Source: Tubulanus polymorphus | Taxonomy: Eukaryota > Animalia > Nemertea | Assembly: GCF_964204645.1 (NCBI RefSeq) | Contig: NC_134031.1 | Span: 20,219,910-20,283,909, forward strand | Length of the DNA: 64,000 nucleotides | Direction: 5' to 3' | Shown: one piece after another, positions 49,001 through 61,000 of the stretch | Layout of the letters: each line of letters starts with the position of its first letter | Position numbering within the stretch: the stretch's first letter is position 1 | Made by a program: the position numbers and the translations under genes | Notes under the pieces: generated by a model | Databases searched by the model: none | Seen by the model: the letters and a program-made list of their open reading frames with translations, nothing else | What the model was told of the DNA's origin: nothing

Positions 49001-52000
49001 CGCTTTTTCGCGTTTGATCGTGTCCTGAACGTTCAATATTAATGTTTCAACCAGCGACGAGTAACGCTGGAAGTTTTTCTTGACGCCGATGCGGCCGATA
49101 CGATGAGTGCACGGAGGCGACCGAGTCTTGGCGGCGCTGGATTCACAAGAACGACAGGTAACTGAGAATAGATTCAAAATGAACAATCAGTTCAGGATTT
49201 TGTCACTCGCGTGCAGGTGGCAACCAGCACTCACCCCGGTGATGCGACTACAGTTCAATCAGTTCTACCCACTCAAATTTAGTTCATTTCAATGCTACGG
49301 AATGAAATACTATCAGGGTGACCACTTTTATTTGACTTGATCTGCTAAGAGTCCAATCAATTAACGCAGTCAAAACATTGATGGAAACCGTTTGCCATCT
49401 CAACAAATAAGGTAAGTGGCCACCCTGATTATCAAACATACATGATTGTATATTCTGCTTAGCATTCAGTATAGTTTTCATTGAAAATTGATTCAAAAAA
49501 GTTCATTGATTTTTAGTGAAATGTGTAAGAAACTGTAGTTACTGTCAGCCGACCTGGTGGATAGTCGCTTGCCACAGCAGCGCTGCCATTACCTCATAGA
49601 ACTGATAACAAGGCAGGTTTTGTTTGAAATGTTTTTTGCGCATTTGTTAATAAATACACCAGACCAGGCGACCTAATGTTGTTAATTGTAGTATTTTTCA
49701 CAAAAAATTGGATATTTAAGTGAATATGACCTGAAGTCATTTCAGAGTATTTTGATAATTTTGGGAGAAGTTGAGCTTTTATAAAGAGGAGTAACTACTC
49801 TCAAATAGAATTCAAAGTTGGGTCTGATGCACCCAACCTTTAAATATATTCCTGAAAACTGATCCGGTGTTTTCATTTCAACCTTGTAACCAACCAGGTT
49901 TACACATTATGCCATTGCGGAAACTAGATATAAGGAGACTTCTGGAGGCCCACAATTTTTATTTCTCGGCTTTGCTCAATATCTGGAATCGCTATTTTTA
50001 AATGTGAATGCATTCATTTCAATCGAAACCTGCCTACCCTAATCAGTTCAACACTCTGGATGCTGCGTCAAAATCCTGATAACCATAAAACAACGATGTA
50101 AATTACAGAAACAGCAACCTTTGAAATACCCACACGGGACTAGTTTCAAAAAGCTACTGAAGCCCGAGCGCCGATTTCATTATTTTGGTGAATAATCAGA
50201 ATTCTGCTTTTTGAAACACGACCCGACATAGAAAGAGCACGTTTAAAAGATCGAAGAACATTTTATCGTCGTAACAGTCCAATAGTGAAAGCTTATCCAG
50301 CGAGCATAAAACATGAAAGATCGATGGAAAGTCTTATTTACCTGCATGGGCTGAGTTGAATAGACCGCCATTAGCTACTGGATTATGACGGGTTGAACGA
50401 TGGTGCAAAAAGTCTTGTTCATTTTCTTGTTTTTCAATGTTTCCTCGGTCCAAAACATCTATAACAAGCAAAGAGAACAGCCGTGAATATGTCTTTTTGA
50501 AATAATGAACAAAACTAGGACAGCAATCCTTCTCTACATGCCAGATACAGTCGAACAAGATTTTTTCATCTCAAATTAATTGAAACAAATTTAAAAGGTC
50601 TTAAAGATATTTCATATTCGCTAACCTTGGCTCAGACGAAGACTACCGGTGGCTCCCTCTTCTGCCGCTTTCTCTAATTTCTGTCGCAGCGCCAGATTGT
50701 TCTGAATGCTGCGTTCCAATTGCACGCGTAGATTTCCGATTTCGTTCAGCAAATCTGCCATTCCCGGCATATCTGCATTGTATAAGATAGATTTATAATA
50801 GGTTGAGCTATATACGAACATGAATCATTATTATTGTATCGTTATTGTCGTCTGACTTCATTGATTGAAACAATCTCTGTGAGATAATAACCAACCTTTA
50901 GGTTCCTTCTTCATCGCTTCATAAACGAGTAGTTCCTGTTTTAATGCTTGATTACATCCCTGACACGACTCTAACTGTTCCTGTACTAGATGCAACTCCT
51001 CTTTCAGCCTTAAACAAAACAATAGATCATCATCATTTCAGAAAATGCCCCTCCAGATACACACCTGGGCCAATAAAAGTTCATCGTTACTAAGGTATTT
51101 ATCTGCCGATTATCTTTAACCAACTTTTGACCAACTGGGTCCAGTTCCACAGTTCTGAGTTAAGATTTGACCCTGGGTTAAAACATTGAAAATGAACTAA
51201 CTTTAACTCAGAGTTAACTCTAACTCACAACTGTGGAACTGGGTCCTGGTGTCTGAATAAGAAAGACCCTCGCTAACATCTAACAAATCTAGGCATTCAT
51301 AAAAAGAATCAAATCAGTAATTCTCCAACTAAAATAGTGATAAATAGTTTACTCTACCCGGTAACATTGGGACTATAAATATTTCACCAGAGTTCAGCAC
51401 CATGGAAATAAATTTTTCCAAACAAGTTATAGAAAAGTCTGACCGATTAAGGAGGAGTCTACTGCACTGAAAATCAGGAATAGTAGGAAGCTCATCATGT
51501 TAAAAGTTTACTTACATGCGAATCTTGTTGAAATTCAAGCGATGTTTCTCTTCGACGTCTGCTAAGCGATCCATGAGCTCTTTGTTATCTTCATTTTTTG
51601 CTTTAATCATCTCGTCCTGTTGCCCGACGAGCTCGTTACACTCGGTTAACAGCATTTCCTTCCGTTCCAGATCGGATCTCATCTTATCCGCGACATCGGC
51701 TTTTTCTTCGTCGCAACACTTCAGTTGTTTTTTCAAACGTTCGATTTCATTTTCGAGACCGTCTTTCTGTAACAGCTGACCGCGCAGTATGTTCACCTCG
51801 CCCGCTAATTCACGACGATCAGCCGCTTCCGCGCGCAGCGTATCGTAACCGCACAGAAGCTGCGATTTTTGCGCGATTTCCGATTTCAAGCCGGAGACTT
51901 CGGCGATGAGTTTCTCGTTGGACCGTTTTTCGTCGGAGAGTTTTCGATTCTGCTCGTCGAGCTGTTCGACGAGGTCTCGCGTGTCTCTTTCCAATTCGTG

Positions 52001-55000
52001 AATCTTGTTAATATCCGCATCTACAAATAACAGAAATCAATTATTATTTCATTGTTAATCGTTTCCTTACTGAAAGCGTTAAAATGGACACTCACCGCGT
52101 TGCCGCGTACTGGCAAGTTGATCTTCCAGTTGTTTTTTCAAATGTTCGTTGGTATTTATCGTTTCTTCCAGTCTGAGTCTCAACGAACGAATACCGTTCA
52201 AATGTTCCTGCAACGTATCCACGTGCGTCGCCTCGTGATGCGTCGACGACGAACTGTAACCGACGTTCGTCACTTTAAACGATTCGTACAGCGCCACTTC
52301 GTCGCGTAGCGTATTGTTCAAATCTTCGGCGGCATGCAGCCGCGAACGCAACAATCCGATTTCTCTACGCTGAAATTCGAATTCGTCGTTCGGCGACGAG
52401 TGAACCGATTTGCTCGATCCGCCGGAGTATTTCGCGTTACGATCCTGACCAGACGATTTAACGATTCCGCGTTGATCGCGGTGCGAATAAACCGGAGTCG
52501 TCGGAATCTCCTTCCGTCCGTCTGCTGCGTACGAGGAACCGTCCGCGGATTGCGACGCATTATCCTGCGCGGATAATTTAAAACGGTCGGTTCCGCGATG
52601 ATCGTGAGAATAAACCTCGGTCGAGATTCCCGTCCGTACGTCTGCTGAGTAACCGTTTGGCTTCTTTTCGGATATATATTTTTCGTTTCGTTCCGTGTTG
52701 CTAAACGGACGACGATTCGAATAGGAGTCGAATTCGCCGTTTTCGTAAAGATCGCCGCCCGATACATCGGTCAACGTTCTCCGCTGCTGCAAGTCCGGAG
52801 CGATGTATCCGAACGAATAATCGTCCGGATACCGAGACGAGATACCGCCGTGATCGACATCTAGTTTCGTCGGAACGCTCGACGATAACGTCGACTCGCT
52901 GTCCTCCGATAGATAGTCGACGACGCTTCTGTTTCTCATCGGGGAAAACCCGTTGCTATCGTCGTGACTACTACGCGTTGTTTTATGGCGTAGCTGCTCG
53001 CGTGAATCGTTCTGTAGTTCGAGCGTCGCGGGATCGAAGTCGTCGGAGTCGACTGAATGATAACTGTAATGATACGACGATGACTCTCCCTTGTGACGTC
53101 GGTTTTCTTTAGTCAGTTTCTCGGCCACGACGGAAGATGAACGCGATGAATTGGGATTAGTGTCGGCGAGCTCTTGACAACTCTGAAGAATAAGAACACA
53201 TCACGTAGCAGTAATCATAATTGATCTGACCCTAAAACAGGGCGGCGACTTTTATTTGATGTGCCTTTTCCCCGACTATTCCTTGAAACGTAGGTTGTTG
53301 TCCCTGAACTGATCTGCTAAGGAACTGTTTTACTCACAATCTCAACAAATTTCCCTGACTTTTACCTTATTTCTAGCTTTTTTTCTACAAAATTCCCTGC
53401 ATTTTTTAAAAGAGAAAAATCCCCGTTCAGTTTTTCCTTATTTCCAGGTAAGCAGCCACACTGTCAAATGATTTTACGAAAAATACCCTTGATAATAAGG
53501 ATAATAATCCAGAATTGTTTGAATACGGGTATTATTTTACTATACATGAATATAGATGGTTGTGAAATGTGAAACACGAGCTTTAACAAGGTTGCTCATA
53601 AACTGGATTAATTTCATTGGTCCCAAATGATCTGAATCAAGGAGGGTCTAATGTATAACCACATCACTCAACCGATATCAAATATTTCATTTAAATTAGA
53701 GGCTATTTTATGGAAAAGTTACTGGTACAAAATGTATGTATTTTTCCATTTGAACCATAGTGCGAGCATGCAATCTGAACAGATCAACAGTGATAGCTAA
53801 ATAACAGTTCAACAGTGATTCAGATCTAAGTTACAAAGTGCCACGTAAGAATCCACACTAAAGTGAGTGGGTTATAAAAATTTACTGAATCATGAATTAG
53901 ACAAATATGGTGACATTGAAACTGTGTATCTTCCATATTGCTGGTAATCAAAAACTCTTACGAGGGAAGATGATGGGTCTACAAGTAGTTGTAGTCGGTT
54001 TAAGACTAAAGTCAGGCTTAAACTAGGGTTAGTAAAGGGTTAACGCTGTGAAACATGTATTTGAGTCTGGCCTCGATGGCACAGCCGGTAGGGCATTAAG
54101 CTAGCAAGTCTCCAACGTTGGGTTTTAGTTTCGCATCCCAATTTTCTCGAAAACCTGCTTAAATTTACTAAGTTCAACACCCTTGTGGATGGGTAAAAGG
54201 AAGATCGGTTATTGGGATGAACATTAACCAGCAAACAGTGAAGTTCAAACTGTTACTAGGAAGGATGCGACGCATGTTAGTGGTAAAACAGAAGGTGATG
54301 TTGGTCGCAGTGTTTAATCTAACAGTGACAAATTACCGCACCTTGCGTACTCGATAGCGATAACATTTGATCTCGGCCTCAGAATCGCTGCTATAATCTC
54401 GTTCAAGCTACAAAAACAGACATTATCATCACCGCACTGTAACACTGTATTAATCAAACAACAATCTTTAAAAGGTTTTATACAAGGCTGTAATAACATA
54501 GCGGAATAAACAAGGCCTTTTTATTATGGGTATCTTCTCAGTTTAGACTACTGGTATGCCTTTTTCTTTGCGGGTAGCTTCTAAATTAATAACACAGATT
54601 TGCCTTTTTGATTACAACAAACCGGCTGTATTACATGGCGATGATCTAGGAATGAGCACTTAGATCAGCAGTGTCGCCATCTATAGGGACAAGTTATATC
54701 TAGTGGGTACCAGATAATACATTTGTACTGCTCTGCAATAATACTACACGTATATAGACAGTGCCATCTAGCGGGTAACAGACTGCTTTCACGATGACAT
54801 AAAGACAATGTTGCCATCTGTATGGTGAAGGCAAGTTTGTAAATACGGGACAGTATCGCCATTTGATGGTTTAGTTCAATTATAGCAGACAATCCATTTG
54901 TTTCACTAAGCAAACGCAAGTGAAATCCTAGAAAAGTACGAACGATTCCATTTATTTCATGAACCTTACCGCGACATCATTATGATTGGTGTACGCAGTT

Positions 55001-58000
55001 CTCGGTAACGATCTCGAGCGTTCTGGATGATGCTGCTGATTTCTTGGATTCGAGAGGTAGGTGGCGCCACCGTCGTCTTCCTCCGATTCATCGACGGGAA
55101 GTCTTTCCGATGGATTCAACATTTTCACGCGCCGTTTCAACTTATCGATCAGTTTATTCTTGACGTCGACTTTTTTACACAACCTAAACGCGAACAAAAT
55201 CCGGATAAAGGTTTGATCAATCGGTTTGATAGAATGATTCGATATGGTAGAGCAATGAATTCAAATTCAGATCAAATTTGACAAATTTGACACCCGCGTC
55301 CGGTTCCACGGTTGTGAGTTATTGTTAACTCCGAGTTAGGATCAGTTCATTTTCGATGAGTTAACTCAGAGTTAAATTTTAACTCATAACTGTGGAACTG
55401 CAGAATTCTTTTTCAATGATGAAGAAGAATGAAGTTTATTTAGACACAAAAGATCAGTACAAAGGTCAAGAGAATACAAAAAATATGCAAATATAAACCA
55501 CTATTAATGTACAGTAATGTGTCAAGGATTTATCCCAAGCCAAACAAGGCTGTACTCAGAGAGGTACTCAATGATTTAGCCCTCAAAAATAAATTGCAAA
55601 CCCGTTAGGTCTTGCTTCTGACTTGTTCTCACTGTAAAAAGTAATAAATATGTGTTTACTACTGACCTGGATAGTTCATCTCTAGTACGATCGGCGTCGT
55701 TCTGATTTTGTTGCAATAAAGCTTTCAGAGTTTTCGTTTGATCGATTCGACGATTTAATTCTACGTGGAAACGATTAATAGCTTCGTCCAGTCGAACATT
55801 CTCCTCGGTCAATGACTGTAGCTTATCTTCTTTTTCGGTTATGCTGCCTTTCAGAGCACTGCGTAAATACAAAGACATTAGCAAATATTAGTCAAAGACT
55901 TGAGAAATTTTAGTTTCCAATAGAAAATTGAGAAGTTTTAGATTCCAATAGAAAATTGAGAAGTTTTGATTTCTGATAGAAAATTGAGAAGTTTGAAACA
56001 GAAAATTATCTATCAAGAATTCACAACCTTCCGGAGTCTCTCTAGAGACCATTTTCAGGTATTGATACTGACTATCTCCAAAAATAGTCAGAAATCGACA
56101 AATTTTTCAAAATAATCACTGATTTTTTTAAACAATTAAATTATATTTTGAACAACAAAATCGTATCATTCAAGAATTTAAAAAAAAGTGCAAAATTCCT
56201 TGAAATGGAAATTTATTAGTTCAAGGACTTTCAAGGACCCGTGTGAATCCCGAAGACTAATTTTAAAAACTTAAGCCATGACTCTACAACCAATCAGCTT
56301 TTAATCAGATGTCGGGTAAAAAAAAATGAGAAATGTATTACGCAATTTACTTTGTAAACGAAAACCACCCCCAAATATATCATTGCCATCGAAATTCAAA
56401 TATATTTTCTATTTAGACTTGATTCTCTGTTCAAACATTTGAGTATTTGATTTAATTGGGTCGACTGATTATGTTACTCTTAGTTTCATAGATTTTCTAA
56501 ACCGTCCCCAAACAATATCTAGTATAATTCTAATAATGCTCCAGTAAATACTAAGTTGCCCAAACCAAGCAGAGCATTAGTTGTAGTCACTGATCATTTT
56601 AACCATTGAAGCCTCAGACACACCGGGCAGGGCAGGGCAGGGCAGGGCAGTTCAGTCGGGCGAGTCAATCACCGGCCATACATTTGTCACACCAATATAT
56701 TTTTGTTGTGTTGTTATGAATCATTATAAATGTACCAAAAGAAATAGTATTCAATTAGGATGTAACAAGATCTCCGACAGGTACACTGCAGGTACAGCTA
56801 CTCGGATGAGACAATGCACCAGTACATGGTCGTTTCTAATCAATGCAATTTGAAAGTTAGTTGCATGCTGGTATATATAAATAGCCCTCTGCCGTGCTTC
56901 AGAGTGTGGGCTAATGGAATTGTAGTATATCACTTCAAATCATTTCCTATGTTGATGAAAGCACTCGCGTGTCATACCAATTTATAGCTATGAACCGGCA
57001 CATGTTCAATACATTAACTCAAAAAACGTGTATCGCCTTCTTTCACTCTGTAACGAACTTACCAGGAAACTGTGGCATTTCTTCAATCATTTACTCGTCA
57101 TTTTGTAAAATTTGAAGTACTCGATACAAGGATTACGAACGTAATGATCAAGCTTGCCAATTGATGTTGACAATGTACATATATATATAACAAGTTTCAT
57201 ACAAATCATGGACAACTTTAAAAATTTCGAATTTTCAGAAAAATCATCAATTAATTTCTGTCCTAATGCAAATTGAATGGAAATTGGAAAAAATGTAGCG
57301 TCTCTACATATTACTGATATCTAATCAGTGAGGACTTGCCTGCAAGGTGTGCACTTTTATCATCGGCTATTATTGCGCTAAAACAATCTACCTAAGACTG
57401 CAATGACTTCGAAAGTGAATATCAGGGCTGCCAACCTCTGAAAAGTGCTATCAGTAACAAATGGAATTCTTTTCAGTAACATTTCATTGCAATATGAAAG
57501 AAAATGTTGAAATAAATCAGTAATCAACAGTAAGACCCTCAGTAACATCTTTTATATTTTTGTATGGATCAACCAAATCAAATCAGTATTTCTCGTTGAA
57601 AAATAGTAACAAATACTGAAAACCAGGAATAGTTGGTAGCTCTGGAATCAGTAAAATCATGGACTTTTAGAGTCCTTGGTCAAATAAATATCTAAACGCA
57701 GCCTTTGCAAACTCATTACGGGACTATCGCGAATAGTCTTAAAGGTTGTTTACGGAGTAACCATGACGATAATGAGTCGCGGGACTGCTGGAGTCTTGAA
57801 ATTGAGTCAATAATGCAGTATTACACCAGCAAACGTAAAATCAACTTTCCGTGTAAGCACCCCATCAATCAACCATATTTAATCAGCTCACTAGCTGCAA
57901 CTACTACCTATCATTGTAATTCACCGATGGATATATAGATATGCTCTACTTGTCGATCGGATTCATTTCATTCAAAACCGCCAACAATTTTGTGCAAACT

Positions 58001-61000
58001 ACTAACAAAAGATTGCTTGAATTTTGCACTTTTGAATCTGAATTCGGAATAAATGCGAAAGCGAAAAAAGAAGAAGCGATTATCGCGATGAATAGAGATC
58101 AATTAGATATAACAATCAGTGTCTCTGAAGTATATAGAGAAGTGTCAGCATAATGAGATAATTTACAGTTATAATAAGTGAAAAAGCATCAGGTTTACTT
58201 CCATGCAATATGCACGCTATGACTGGAAAGGAACTTATTCAAAAACATGATGAAATCAATATATAGATAGAGCTTTTATTTCCAATTAGAAACTGATATC
58301 ATTTATTCCGCTGATCCACTGACAATATATATCTGTTCTTTGATTTCTGACATCCTGCTTCATTCCCGGCAGGTGTGGTGGGTTTGACATTAGACACCAA
58401 ATCATATCAAAATCAATCTATCAATCAAACTAATACCCCTTCACTAACTGAAGTCAGTCTGATTACTCCAAGCACTAATATAGCAGAATTTCAATGAAAA
58501 ACAAAAACTCATATAAACAGTTAATTCAACAGCTGTTGAATACAAAGAATGCCAATCATTATCAAAAATTAAATCTTTTCTTGAGTCAAATTTATGAGAA
58601 AAATTATGGTTGTTGGATTCAATAAATCAGCTAATTTAATTCAGATCATTGTAACCATTTGACAAATGATTACTCCAACACTCATGAATAACTGTTTTGT
58701 AAATACAATCCAGATTAAACTGACCACGTCTACTACTGAACCAATAGAATTATAGTGAGCAGACCTCAAGATAAACTCCACCAAAGTTTTCATACAATTC
58801 AAAACTTTCCATTGAATTTGATTAGCATTGTCGTCAATTCATTGATGGAATAATAAATATATCAACAATCCTACCTGATAGCTATCTCGTGTCAGGCACG
58901 TGTGCGTCAACCGAAGCAAATAACCGTTCAAAGGATATCCGTTCACGCGAGGCCAGGAACAACTGTAAACCATACGTTCTGGTGCCCTCAATCGATACAT
59001 CTCCCCTCCTCCCCCTCTCTCCCCTCCTCCCCCTCTAACAACCCTTCTCCACTCAACAATCTTTTTTTCTAATGGTAAAAATATTGATTGTGAATACTTG
59101 ATTAACTAACAATACGATCGTAACGAAAAAAGGTTTTCCTATTCTCATCATATCCTCTCAATGGCTATCCAGCATTAACCCTCCGTTTGAAAAAATTTTC
59201 ACTTTCAAATAATTATGTCACCAGTCCATCAAGTTTTGTTGATTATTGGTTTTTAGTGGAAAACCGTCAATTACAAAGTATCTGACTTGAAAAGAATGTA
59301 AGGCTAGGAGTAAAAGTCTAGAGTGCCTGTTACTGGTTACAAAAGGGTTAAACCAAAAGTAATAACAACGGAACAAATCTGAAATATTGCTGCAGCATTT
59401 TCTATAGCATCTGGTCGATTGTCGATTGTTGGATTGTTTTCTAAGCTTTAAGTTTTTTTTAAACATAGATCCATTGAACCTGTCATGATTCCACTCAAGA
59501 GTTCGTATGCAGTGTTACGTTAAATACGCGTACATGAATAATTGACAATTCTCAATACACTGTATCTGCCGTATGATTAGTCACATAATTACTTATCACA
59601 TTATTACCCGGTGAAAAAATATATACATGAAAAATAATGCAAAACATCGGGAAAAACCACAAACATATAGAAGTACATAGGGTAAGAAGTGATCTCCACA
59701 ACAGGTTTTAGGGGAGCATACACCCCTTTCATCTTTACATTATGCCCTATGAAAATCAGCCACCCTTATAAAAATTCTGCTTCCCCGACCAAAGTGGTTG
59801 TCAACATTCTGCTAATTGATAATTGCTTTGAAATATATTGAGCTAATTTGTCAAATAGAAGATTACACCAAGATTAAGCTTTTCTGTAAGATTTTCTGAA
59901 TTTTTGGGGGATCGTGGACTTGCTACTTCGGCAGCCACGATGTCACAATGAGAGCAGCCCTTTAAAAATTCAAAGATTCCAGATTTCTAAGAGGCTGTCT
60001 GTATATAGGCCTTCTTTGATGACAAATAATATATATCAGATACATGTATATCAGATATATCACAGTATATCAGATATATCACAGTATATCAGATATATCA
60101 CAGTATATCAGATATATCACAGTATATCAGATATATCATGTCTCTCTTTACCTTTCAGTAGTCTTCATCTGCTCTTTCAAGTTTTTAATGTCCGTTTCTA
60201 GTTTGTGACATTGTTCTCGCCAATCGTCTGTAAATTCCTCAATGTTTTCAGTGTCGCAGGAAGAATCTGAAAATTCGAAAAAAAACCTAATATAGCAAAT
60301 TACAAAATAAGAATTCTAAAGTCTAGATTATTATTATCGATGAGAACCCATGATCATCGGGAGGGATACATCTGGGTATCAAAAATTTACAAACGTAATA
60401 CCCGGTAATTTGAATTGCGCGACCCCTCAAGTCAACTTCAACAGTTCTGGTATGCACAAAATAATTCTAAACTTTAAATTTTACCTTTAAAAAGCTCGGA
60501 CAAGATGGAAGCCGATTTATTCGCTTCTTGTAGTTTCGATTTGATCTCGCTCATATCGAGTTCATCGGGTTCGTTGCGACGCGGAGCTGTATCGATATAC
60601 GCTCGTAGACTCTCTAATAGTCGACACACGTGAACGCACGCGTCGCCACCGGCCGCGATTCGACTTTTCAACAACGCGTTCTCTTCCGCTAAACGATCGC
60701 TGATCGATGATGATCTATCACGCTGCTGGACGAACGTCGTATTTTCGGCCGCGATGCTCTGCGTTTCTTCGTGTAACTGATCCTTCAAGCAGTCGACTTG
60801 ATTTCGCAATCGACTGAACGCCTCGCGATTCGACGCCGTGAATCTATCGATTCCCGGAGTCTTCGGTTCGTCGATCGCGTTATCTCGCGTGCCGGGCGGC
60901 GTACACGGAACATTACCCGACGACGGGATCTTTTCTGATTGCCCGCGTAGAGATTTCAAAAGCGCGTTCAAACGCTGAACTTCGGCTTCCAGTTCGTGTA

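Noticed and set aside
47171-49340. Plus-strand ORFs (up to 177 aa) opposite the CDK5RAP2-like exon; similar antisense ORFs at 32143-34657, 51516-52576 and 60996-61927
   Set aside because: Shadow ORFs of real coding exons or of the 39-bp repeat; no independent features.
57063-58975. Extra CDK5RAP2-like coding exons at strong minus-strand donors (57063, 58875)
   Set aside because: Open frames are phase 1 or 0, but the intron is phase 2. They could only be non-coding alternative first exons, which sequence alone cannot support.
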